Part shown: positions 39,312 to 47,904 of the stretch, one piece after another
How the letters are laid out: each line of letters opens with the position of its first letter
How positions within the stretch are numbered: the stretch's first letter is position 1
Assembly: GCA_963785985.1 (NCBI GenBank)
Contig: CAWAXD010000024.1
Span: forward strand, 68,885-132,884
Origin: an uncultured delta proteobacterium
Lineage (GTDB): Bacteria > Myxococcota_A > UBA9160 > SMWR01
DNA: 64,000 bases
Direction: 5' to 3'
Notes under the pieces: model-generated
Seen by the model: only the letters and a program-made list of their open reading frames with translations
What the model was told of the DNA's origin: nothing
Database searches by the model: none
Position numbers and translations under genes: made by a program

Positions 39312-40285
39312 GCGCGAATCCCGCACCGGCAGCGCGCGCGAGCAGCGCCTGGCTGCGGCGCGGCCTGCCCTGGCTGCTCACGCTGCTGTGTTTCGCCTAC
39401 CTCTACTGGAAGATCCACGGCCAGGCGGCGCGCGCGGGCGAGACGACGCTGCACTTCATCGCCGGCGTCTTCAGCGGCGTGAGCTGGACGCGCTGGCTCG
39501 CGCTGATGATTCCCTACTCGGCCTTCTTCCTGCTGATCGATTCTCTCGTCCTGTGGCGCGTCATCAACTGGTTCAACACCCGGGTGCGTTATCTCGACAT
39601 CCTGCCGATCCGGGCGAGCGCCTACATCATCTCGATTCTCGACGAGCGCATCGGCAAGGGCGCGATCGGCTACTACCTGCACCGCCGCGACGGCGTGCCC
39701 GGCTGGCAGGTGGGCTCGTCCATGCTCTTCATCATGTTCTGCGAGATCTACTACCTGCTGTCCTGGGCAACGCTCGGCGTCGCGCTGCGCGGCAGCCAGC
39801 TGCCGCCGGTCTTCCACGTGATTCCGTGGGTCGCGCTCGCAGCCGCCGCCGTGCTGGCCGTGTTCGTGCTCTACTTCCGCGGCGTGATCGCGCCCGCTTC
39901 GACGCTGCGCGACCGCCAGATCTTTCACGCCTTCCGACGGGCGGGCTTCTGGCACTACGCGGCCTTCATCGTGTTGCGTTCCCCCGCGATGATCGTGGGC
40001 GTCGTGGTCTATACGCTCGCGCTGCGGCTGTTCGGCGTCCGCGCGGAGTTTCTCGACATGCTCGGCTACCTCCCCGTGATCTTCTTCGGCGCGGCCGTGC
40101 CCGGGCCCTTCCGCGCCGTCGCGATCACGTTGTGGACGCAGCTCTTCCCCGACAGCCCCGGCCAGATGGCGGCGTTCGGCTTCGTGCAGCACAACTTCTT
40201 CGTGCTCTTCAATGCGGCGATCGGACTGCTCTTCCTGCGCCGCACCAACCGCGAGCTCGCGCAAACCGGAGCAACCGGTCGCTGA
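39308..40285 (+). CDS. flippase-like (lysyl-phosphatidylglycerol-synthase TM-region type) integral membrane protein
   Basis: ATG 39308 overlaps the upstream stop (ATGA), inside ORF 39080..40285. 325 aa with about 8 helices and an arrangement like UPF0104/LPG_synthase_TM. The family call is tentative. Confidence 0.6.
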   Translation: MSANPAPAARASSAWLRRGLPWLLTLLCFAYLYWKIHGQAARAGETTLHFIAGVFSGVSWTRWLALMIPYSAFFLLIDSLVLWRVINWFNTRVRYLDILPIRASAYIISILDERIGKGAIGYYLHRRDGVPGWQVGSSMLFIMFCEIYYLLSWATLGVALRGSQLPPVFHVIPWVALAAAAVLAVFVLYFRGVIAPASTLRDRQIFHAFRRAGFWHYAAFIVLRSPAMIVGVVVYTLALRLFGVRAEFLDMLGYLPVIFFGAAVPGPFRAVAITLWTQLFPDSPGQMAAFGFVQHNFFVLFNAAIGLLFLRRTNRELAQTGATGR

Positions 40286-40787
40286 TCGAGAGCAGGGTCG
40301 AGACGACGAGCGCCCAGCCGAGCGCGCGCACGAGCGCCGCACCCGGCCAACCGAGCCCGAGGGCATCGCGCACCACGGGCACCGCGACGATCACGTAGTA
40401 CGCGATGCCGTTCCAGCGGCCGAGCGCGCTCCCGCGCAGGCCACTCGAACGCATCAGCTTCGAGTCGAGCGCGTACTGCGCGAAGGCGACGGCGATCAGC
40501 GGCGCGAGCGCGTCGGGCAGCGCGCCGACGCTCGCGAGCGCCGCCGCCCCGAGGCTGACGAACGCCGCGTCGACCGCATGATCGAGAAGGCCTCCGAACG
40601 CCGAGATCTCGCCCCGCCGGCGGGCGATGCGGCCATCCGCGAAATCGCTCGCCGCCGCGCACGCGAAGACCAGACTCGCCGCGAACGGCGACCCGGCGCG
40701 CACCGCGAGCACGAACGGGAGCGCGAGCAGCAGCCGCGTCAGCGTGAGCGCGTTGGCCGGCGTCAGCCAGCGGGGTGCCGGATCCAT
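40209..40787 (-). CDS. CDP-alcohol phosphatidyltransferase family protein
   Basis: Lies in ORF 40209..40805. Signature D-G-x2-A-R-x8-G-x3-D-x3-D is present as DFADGRIARRRGEISAFGGLLDHAVD. ATG 40787 preferred (GTG 40805 is possible). Confidence 0.85.
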   Translation of the reverse strand: MDPAPRWLTPANALTLTRLLLALPFVLAVRAGSPFAASLVFACAAASDFADGRIARRRGEISAFGGLLDHAVDAAFVSLGAAALASVGALPDALAPLIAVAFAQYALDSKLMRSSGLRGSALGRWNGIAYYVIVAVPVVRDALGLGWPGAALVRALGWALVVSTLLSISDRLLRFARARGWCGAGRAVRSPH

Positions 40788-40798
40788 CGCAGGCGACT

Positions 40799-41791
40799 CT
40801 ACCACCCGTTCTCCCGGCTCCGGCGCGCGAGCGCGAACAGGACGGTCGTGACGGCCGCGAGCACGAGCGTCACGCGGTCGCCCGTTTTCAGCGACTCCGC
40901 GATGGCGCCGTCGGCGAGCCGCTCGAGCGGCCGGCGGCCGGTCGCCGGCGTGGTCATCACGGCCTCGATCCTCGGCGGATCCGTGAGGGTGATCCGCACG
41001 TAATGGAACGAGTTGCCCGGCTCGACGTCCTTGCCGCCGCCGCCCGAGACGACCAGCGGCACTCCGGCCTCGTCGCCGCGCAGAAAGGCGTGGAGATGGC
41101 CCGTACAGAGAAGAGTCACGTGCGCCTCGCGCAGGCGCTCGAGCAGCCGAGCCGCAACGTTTGCGTCGTGGATGGTATGGCCTTCCCCGAGCCGCTTCGG
41201 CCCCGGCGCACCCGGATTGTAGGGAGGGCAGTGCGTCAGGACGACGAGCCAGCGCAGGTCCGGCGCGGGCGGTGGGGGCCTCCGCAGCGCTTCATCGAGG
41301 AACCGGAACGACGCCTCCGACACCGTGTCTTCGGCGCTGTCGAGCAACACGATGCGCAGGCCGTCCTTCTCGACCACGCGGTTCCGGCCACCGAACGAGG
41401 CGTCCCACGTCGCGTAGCCGCGCCCGGCTTCGCGATCGTGATCGCCGGGGACGGCGAAGATCGGCAATGGAAGCGCCTCGGCGGCCGAGAGGAAGCGCCC
41501 GTACTCGCGCGGACCGCGATAGCCGATGTCGCCCGCGTGGAGCACGAGCAGCGCCGGCTCGCGCGCCATCGCTGCGAAGTTCGCGCGCAGCTCCGGTGAA
41601 GCGGCTCCGGTATCGCCGATCAGGAGCAGCACGGGCGCGTCCGGCACGTCCCGCTTCGCGAGCCGCGCCTCGGATCGCGCGAAGAGCGTGCCCTCTACTC
41701 TATATTGCGTAGAAATGCGCGCCGCGACGTGGAAGCCTCCGACCAGAACGGTCAGCGCAGCGGCGAGGCGGGCCAGACGTGCGAGGAGCAT
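40799..41791 (-). CDS. metallophosphoesterase with N- and C-terminal membrane anchors
   Basis: ATG 41791 inside ORF 40799..41995. Calcineurin-like motifs LLIGDTG, HAGDIGY, VPGDHD, GHLH. Hydrophobic segments at both ends. Confidence 0.8.
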   Translation of the reverse strand: MLLARLARLAAALTVLVGGFHVAARISTQYRVEGTLFARSEARLAKRDVPDAPVLLLIGDTGAASPELRANFAAMAREPALLVLHAGDIGYRGPREYGRFLSAAEALPLPIFAVPGDHDREAGRGYATWDASFGGRNRVVEKDGLRIVLLDSAEDTVSEASFRFLDEALRRPPPPAPDLRWLVVLTHCPPYNPGAPGPKRLGEGHTIHDANVAARLLERLREAHVTLLCTGHLHAFLRGDEAGVPLVVSGGGGKDVEPGNSFHYVRITLTDPPRIEAVMTTPATGRRPLERLADGAIAESLKTGDRVTLVLAAVTTVLFALARRSRENGW

Positions 41792-41867
41792 GCGGCGATT
41801 CCAACGGGATGGACGGGCCCGACTGTATCGGCGCGTGCTACGTTGCGCCTCCAGCGTGAGGGCCCGG

Positions 41868-42263
41868 GTGAGACGCGAGCGCGCGAGCGATGGGGGACGG
41901 GCGCTTCGCGCCGTGGCGCATGGACTGCTCGCGGTGGCGCTGTTCGGCCTGGCGTGCTCGGAGCGCTCGAGCACCTCCGCGGGCAGCGATGCCAAGCTCG
42001 ATCCGGGCCGGGCTGCCGCCAGGGAGCGCGGCCGGAAGATCTACGAGAACGTCTGCATCGCCTGCCACAATGGCGATCCGACCCAGCCGGGCTCGCTCGG
42101 CCCCCAGGTCGCCGGCGCCTCGCTCGAGCTGCTCGAGGCGAGGGTGCTGCGCGCCGAGTACCCGCTCGGCTACACGCCCTTGCGTCCTTCCCACGCGATG
42201 CCGAAGTACGAGTACCTGAAGGACAGGCTCGGCGATCTCGCGGCCTACCTACAGCAGGATTGA
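41868..42263 (+). CDS. c-type cytochrome, probable lipoprotein
   Basis: Lies in ORF 41526..42263. Lipobox-like LFGLAC and heme motif CIACH. Start GTG 41868 (or 41913) is uncertain. Confidence 0.7.
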   Translation: MRRERASDGGRALRAVAHGLLAVALFGLACSERSSTSAGSDAKLDPGRAAARERGRKIYENVCIACHNGDPTQPGSLGPQVAGASLELLEARVLRAEYPLGYTPLRPSHAMPKYEYLKDRLGDLAAYLQQD

Positions 42264-42968
42264 CTGCGCCAGGTAGAGCAGCAGGGTGACCCCGAGGCCG
42301 AAATGCAGCGTGCCGCGCACCGTCGCGAGCGGCTTCTGTAGCGGCCGCCCGGAGCCCGACAGCCCGTTCCATTCCAGCACGGCCGCCAGCACGAAGAACA
42401 CGATCCAGTAGAGACCGAGGTGGCCTTCGCCCAGCTCGAGGCCCGCCGTCAGCGACGGAAAATGGCTCGCGGCCGCCATGAAGAACAGCATCGGGATCGA
42501 GAAGAGCGTGTTCGTTCGCGAGGCGAGCCCGGCGCGCGCGCCGCGGCCCGCCGCTGCGGGATCGGCCTGACCGCCGCCGGCGACGGCGGTCGCCGAGGCG
42601 ATCACCACCTGCTGCGCGGGCCAGATCACGAACCACACGTTGTACCACATCAGTGTACCCAGCAGGCCGCCGGTCAGGATGCGCGTGCTGTAGCCGCTGG
42701 CGAGCGGCACGCCGTCGTGTCCGAGCTTGGTGAGCAGGATCAGCCAGCCGGTGAGAAACGTGAACATCGCGCCCCAGCGGAACCACCACAGCGCGTTCGG
42801 GACCAGCCCGCGCACCATCGCGCTGCGCGCCTGGCCGCCGAGCTCGCTGCCGAAGAAGGGGGTCTGGACCAGATTGAAGTAGTAGAGCATGCCGATCCAG
42901 GTGATCCCGGCCAAGAAATGGAACCAGCGGAGCAGGAAGTACCAACCTTCCATGCTGAAGATCTCCAT
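42249..42968 (-). CDS. integral membrane protein resembling the membrane domain of PuuD-type urate hydroxylases (tentative)
   Basis: ATG 42968 after AGGAGGA, inside ORF 42249..43646. 239 aa: LLRWFHFLAGITWIGMLYYFNLVQ, about 6 helices. Confidence 0.65.
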   Translation of the reverse strand: MEIFSMEGWYFLLRWFHFLAGITWIGMLYYFNLVQTPFFGSELGGQARSAMVRGLVPNALWWFRWGAMFTFLTGWLILLTKLGHDGVPLASGYSTRILTGGLLGTLMWYNVWFVIWPAQQVVIASATAVAGGGQADPAAAGRGARAGLASRTNTLFSIPMLFFMAAASHFPSLTAGLELGEGHLGLYWIVFFVLAAVLEWNGLSGSGRPLQKPLATVRGTLHFGLGVTLLLYLAQSILL

Positions 42969-43099
42969 GTCCGTCCTCCTTCTTGTTCTAGATGGCCTTG
43001 CGGTGGCGCTTTCGGGGCCAGAGTCTACCCGGAATTCACGGGCTTTCCGTACGGAAATGGCGCCCTGAGCGAACGGCGCGTGGCGATCTTCCCCCAGTG

Positions 43100-44831
43100 T
43101 CAGCGCTGCGGGGCGAAGCTGCGCTCCTCGAGCACGGATTCGGTGACGCTGGCGGCCGCCTTGTGCAGATCCACGCTGCGCGCGACGCGCGTCTGCCGAC
43201 GCGTGATCTCGATCTTGCCTTCCTTCAGACCCTTCGGGCCCACGGTCATCCGATAGGGAATCCCGATCAGGTCGGCATCGTTGAACTTGACGCCCGGACG
43301 CTCGTCGCGGTCGTCGAGCAGGACTTCGATGCCCGCGCCCCGCAATGCGTCGTAGAGCGCTCCAGCGGCGTCGCTCGTCGCGGCGTCCTTCGGGTTCACG
43401 ACCGTGATCAGCACCTCGTAGGGCGCGATCGCGATCGGCCAGACGATGCCCGCGGCATCGTGAGAGCGTTCGACCACGGCAGCGAGCATGCGCTCGATTC
43501 CGATGCCATAGGAGCCCATCACGATCGGCCGCGCGGCGCCCGCCTCGTCGAGGAAGACCGCGCCGAGCTTCTCCGAGTAGCGCGTGCCGAGCTTGAAGAT
43601 GTGGCCGACCTCGATCGTCTTGTCCACGCGCAACGGCGCTTCGCACATCGGGCAGGCCTCGCCCGCCCGCGCCTGGCGCAGATCGATCCAGCCCGAGACG
43701 GCGATGTCGCGTTCGACTTCGATGCCTTTCAGATGGAAGCCGTCCTGGTTCGCGCCCGTCACCATTGCGCGGCGCCCGCGCAACGCCTCGTCGGCGAGCA
43801 CGCGCCGGCCGCTCACGCCGACGGCGCCGAGGCTGCCTGCGGACGCGGACAGCGCCGCGCGAATCTCCGAGTCCTGCGCCGGCCGGGCCTCGACGGCTCC
43901 CGTTCCGTCGCGCAGCTTGGCCTCGACCAGCTGATCGTCGCCGCGCAGCAGCACGAGCACCGTCTCACCGTCGAGCACGTAGACGAGCGTCTTGATCTGG
44001 GAAGCGGCGGGCGTCGGGCTGCTCGCGAAGCCCACCAGGTCTTCGATCGTGCGCACCCCCGGCGTCGCGAAGCGTTCCGGCGCGGCGAGCCCGGGCCCGT
44101 CCTGCGCCGCCGGCAGGAGCGAGCGCGCCTTCTCCACGTTGGCCGCGTAGCCGCAGGCGGCGCACGAGGCGACCCAGTCCTCGCCGGCGTCGCTCGCCAC
44201 CATGAACTCGACCGATTCGCTGCCGCCCATCGCACCCGACGAGGCCTCGACGGCCAGGGTCTCGAGACCGCAACGCGAGAAGATCCGGCGATACGCCTGA
44301 AAGTGACGCTTGAAGGCCTCGTCGAGACCGGCCGCATCGACGTCGAACGAGTACGAATCCTTCATCGTGAACTCGCGCACGCGCAGCAGGCCCGACTTCG
44401 GGCGGGGCTCGTCGCGGAACTTCGTCTGGAGCTGGAACCAGATCTGCGGCAGCTGTCGATAGCTGCGCAGCTCGACGGCCAGCGTCGTGAACACCTCTTC
44501 GTGCGTCATGCCGAGCGCGGTGTCTGCGCCGCGCCGGTCCTTCAGCCGGAACATCTCCTCGCCCACCAGCTCCCAGCGCCCCGAGCGCTGCCAGAGCTCG
44601 GCCGGATGCAGGGCAGGCAGGTGGAACTCCTGCGCCGCCGATCGCGTTCATCTCCGCGCGCACGACGGCAGTGATCTTGCGGCTCACGGCGAAGCCGAGC
44701 GGCAGCAGCGAGTAGACGCCGGACATGAGCTGACGGATGCAACCCGCGCGCACCAGCAGCTTGTGGCTGATCGCTTCCGCGTCGGCGGGATCGTCGCGAA
44801 GTGTCGGGATGAAGCTCTGGGACCAGCGCAT
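43100..44831 (-). CDS. proS: proline--tRNA ligase, reading frame interrupted by one extra base near 44634-44642
   Basis: N-terminus [65 protein letters not shown] lies in the frame of ORF 43965..45146. It continues as [36 protein letters not shown]...GMTHEEV... in the frame of ORF 43100..44566. Total length is 1732 nt, which is 577 codons plus 1. Confidence 0.9.
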
Positions 44832-44886
44832 CGTGGACTCCGGGGGCGCGAGGAGCCTACCGGAGGCGTGCGGCGCCCGCCCCCGC

Positions 44887-45762
44887 CTAGACCGGGACTC
44901 CGAGCGGACCCGTCGCGTCGGCGTAGGCCGCGCGCAGCTTCGCGCAGATGGGCCCCGGCCGTCCGCTCCCGATCCTGCGGCCATCGAGGCTGCGCACCGG
45001 CACGATGCCGGCGCCGGTGCCGGTGATGAAGGCCTCCTCCGCCGCGAACAGATCGAAGCGGCCCAGCGTCTGCTCGCGCGCGGGAATTCCCAGCGCGCCG
45101 GCGAGCTCGAAGACGGTCTGCCGGGTGATGCCCTCGAGCGCGCCATCGGTCGCGGGCGGCGTGCGCAGCTCGCCGCCGCGCACGACGAACACGTTCGCGA
45201 CGCTCGCCTCGGCGATCTGCCCGGCGAGGTTGAGGATCAGCGCCTCGTCGGCGCCGCGCTGGCGCGCTTCGAGCTTCGCGAGCGCGCTGTTCAGGTAGTT
45301 CAGGCTCTTCACGCGCGGGTCGAGCACGTCCGGCGGCGGGCGCCGCAGGCTCACGGTCACGAGATCGAGCCCGCTCGCGAGCTTCTCCGGCGGGAAGAGC
45401 GCAATCCGGTCCACGATGCACAGCACCCGGGGTTGCGGACAGGTGGTGGGATCGACCCCGAGCGCGCCGTCGCCCCGCGTCAAGATCAGCCGGACGTAGG
45501 CGTCGGGCGTGCCGTGAGCCCGCACCGTGTCGCGCACGACGTTGCGCATCGCATCGATCCCGCCCGGGATCTCGAGCGCGACCGCGCGCGCCGAAGCAGC
45601 GAAGCGCGCCAGGTGGAGCTCGAGGCGGAAGACCCGCCCGCCGAACACGCGGATTCCCTCGAAGATGCCATCGCCGTACAGCAGGCCATGGTCGGTGATC
45701 GGGATGCGCGCCTGCGACAGCTCGACGATCTCGCCGTCGATCCAGGCCCTGGCCGTAGTCAT
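44887..45762 (-). CDS. ilvE: class-IV aminotransferase (branched-chain amino acid / D-amino acid type)
   Basis: ATG 45762 inside ORF 44887..45945, 291 aa: [43 protein letters not shown]. Confidence 0.8.
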   Translation of the reverse strand: MTTARAWIDGEIVELSQARIPITDHGLLYGDGIFEGIRVFGGRVFRLELHLARFAASARAVALEIPGGIDAMRNVVRDTVRAHGTPDAYVRLILTRGDGALGVDPTTCPQPRVLCIVDRIALFPPEKLASGLDLVTVSLRRPPPDVLDPRVKSLNYLNSALAKLEARQRGADEALILNLAGQIAEASVANVFVVRGGELRTPPATDGALEGITRQTVFELAGALGIPAREQTLGRFDLFAAEEAFITGTGAGIVPVRSLDGRRIGSGRPGPICAKLRAAYADATGPLGVPV

Positions 45763-46511
45763 GTCGTCCTCCCCTCGAGGCGCGCCGCGATGCGCGCCGC
45801 GGCGGCGAGCGTGCGCCTGGCCACTTCGGATTCGCCGAGGCTGCGCATGCGGGGTGCTGGCGCGGCGACGGCGACGATTGCCGCGAGCCGCGCCGCCGCC
45901 GTCATCCAGACGGGCGCCGCCAGCACGGCGAGGCCCGGAATCCACTCCTCGCGGTTCGCGGCCCAGCCGCGCTTGCGCGCGAGCGCCACCTCGCGCTCGA
46001 GCGCGCCGGCAGCGGCGGCCGTGCGCGGCGTGAAACGCTCGAGCGGCGCATCGCTGCTCGCGAGCGACCCGGGCGAAAATGCGAGGAAGAGCTTCCCCGA
46101 GGCGGTTGCGTGGATGGGGACGCTCGAGCCGACGCGCGGCGCAGCCCGCAGGAAGCCGTTGCCCTCGGCCTTGTCGAGCACCACGAGGCGCCCCGCCCGC
46201 GCTCCCACCAGGAAGAAGGTCTCGCCGAGAGCCTCGGCCTCCTCCTCGAGCACGGGCCGCGCGGCGGCCACCACCGGCTCGCGCTCGAGGGCGCCGAGGC
46301 CGAGGGCGACGAGCCCGATGCCCGGGCCGTAGCGCCCGCGTCCGTCCTGCTCGACGAGCCCACGCCGGGAGAGCGCCGTCAGCAGCCGGTGGGCGCTCGA
46401 CTTCGGCACCCCCAAGGCGCGCCCGATGGCGGTGACGCCCTGAGGCGCCGAGCTCTCGTGCAGGTGGTAGAGCAGCTCGACGGCCTTCTCGACCGTGGAC
46501 AGGGATTCCAC
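45759..46511 (-). CDS. IclR-family transcriptional regulator
   Basis: 250 aa: STVEKAVELLYHL...GVTAIGRALGVPKSSAHRLLTALSRRGLV plus an effector domain. Its stop overlaps the downstream aminotransferase start. Confidence 0.88.
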   Translation of the reverse strand: MESLSTVEKAVELLYHLHESSAPQGVTAIGRALGVPKSSAHRLLTALSRRGLVEQDGRGRYGPGIGLVALGLGALEREPVVAAARPVLEEEAEALGETFFLVGARAGRLVVLDKAEGNGFLRAAPRVGSSVPIHATASGKLFLAFSPGSLASSDAPLERFTPRTAAAAGALEREVALARKRGWAANREEWIPGLAVLAAPVWMTAAARLAAIVAVAAPAPRMRSLGESEVARRTLAAAARIAARLEGRTT

Positions 46512-46544
46512 CGCGACCGGGCCTCGCTCCGGGAGGTTTCTAGT

Positions 46545-46583
46545 CGTTCCGTATATCGGAACGTAATATCGATAACCGGAACG
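46545..46583. promoter_or_regulatory. palindromic operator candidate in the AT-rich leader of the IclR gene
   Basis: CGTTCCG-TATAT-CGGAACG (46545-46563, perfect 7-nt arms) plus a third CGGAACG copy at 46577-46583, with TATCGATA in between. Confidence 0.5.
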
Positions 46584-46602
46584 CAGGCTAGCGCGGGGGA
46601 AA

Positions 46603-47751
46603 TCAGCCGTCGAGCAGGGCGAGCACGCCGGTGTAGGTCAGCAGCTCCGAGCGGGCTGCGATCGGGCCTATCTCGCAGGAGCCGTAGACGCCGAGCACGG
46701 GCGCCGGAGCGAGGGCCTGCTCCAGGTACGCCGCCTCCAGATCCTGCGCTCCCAGGAAGCCAGCGCCGCGGGCGCAACAGTCGAAATACAGACCGCAGGC
46801 GGGTGAGCCTCCGGCGAGCCCCGCGAGCATTGCCTTCAGGTCGTCGCGGGCGGCCTCGGGATCGCGGTGGGCAAACGCGATGCGGCGGCCCGGGGCCAGC
46901 CGTTCCGGAATTGCGAACGCGTTCTCGGATGGCGCGAAGCCCGCGAGATTGCGCACCAAATACGTTCCGGGCGCGAGGCTCTCCCGGGCATCGTTTGGCA
47001 GCGCCAGCAGCAGGTGGGCGGCCGCGCGGCGCAGGTCCGCCGCCAGCGGCTCGCGCGCAGCTTCCCGATAGACGTCGAGGGCGGGCCGGCCGTCGAGCTC
47101 GAGGATCCAGTTGCCGCGCACGCGGGTCACGCTGAACAGCTCCGTCGCCGGGCGACACGCCTGCGTGACGCCGATGCGCGGAGGCCTGGATCCGCGCAAC
47201 ACCAGACCCGCGAGCGCCCCGCTCTCGATCTCGAGGCCGCACCACTGCAGCGGCGAATCCGAGAGGGCGTCCATCGCGCCGGCCCCCGCCACCACCGCCC
47301 CCGCCAGCGCCCCCCGCAGGCCTTCGAGGAGCGGCTCGGGGCGCAGCGCCCGGGGGTCCGGGAGCACGATCACGAGGTCCTCGGCCCGCGGCGCACCGTC
47401 CAGCAGGGCGGCGATCTGCTCGCCCGCGCCCGCCTCCTCCCCTTGGAGGTCCCGCAGCAGGAAAGGCACGGCGACGATGTCGGCCAGCGCCATCACCGCG
47501 AGCACGGGTCCGCCCTCGTACTCGTGCCCCGCATGGATCACGCCATGGATGGAAGCCCCGACGATGGCCCGGGTGCCCATGACCTCGGCTGAGGCCGCCA
47601 GCAGCGCCGGGAGCTCGGCGGCGTAGCCCGGTGTCGCGAACAGGAGCGCCGCGTCAGGACGCCCGCTACCCGCGATGGCCGCTTCGGCGGCCTCCACGGC
47701 GGCGGCCCTGGCGTCGGCTCGCGTCGAAAGGCCGATCCCGGCTCGGAGCAT
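46603..47751 (-). CDS. FIST-domain (FIST_N/FIST_C) sensory protein
   Basis: Lies in ORF 46603..47805. Start ATG 47751 (MLRAGIGLS...). Typical FIST layout ...ALLFATPGY...GCEIGP-like end YGSCEIGPI. Confidence 0.75.
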   Translation of the reverse strand: MLRAGIGLSTRADARAAAVEAAEAAIAGSGRPDAALLFATPGYAAELPALLAASAEVMGTRAIVGASIHGVIHAGHEYEGGPVLAVMALADIVAVPFLLRDLQGEEAGAGEQIAALLDGAPRAEDLVIVLPDPRALRPEPLLEGLRGALAGAVVAGAGAMDALSDSPLQWCGLEIESGALAGLVLRGSRPPRIGVTQACRPATELFSVTRVRGNWILELDGRPALDVYREAAREPLAADLRRAAAHLLLALPNDARESLAPGTYLVRNLAGFAPSENAFAIPERLAPGRRIAFAHRDPEAARDDLKAMLAGLAGGSPACGLYFDCCARGAGFLGAQDLEAAYLEQALAPAPVLGVYGSCEIGPIAARSELLTYTGVLALLDG

Positions 47752-47904
47752 GCGGCGAGTATAGAAGCGGGGCCCCGGCGGGGCGGGTTTCCAGCCTCTT
47801 GCCACTCGGCTAGGCTTGCCCGCGGCGCTCGGCGCTTACCCTCCTGGCACCGCGCAACCTCCCAGAAAGCGGCGGGAATCTCCCCGGCGCAGCGTCTGGA
47901 AGTG

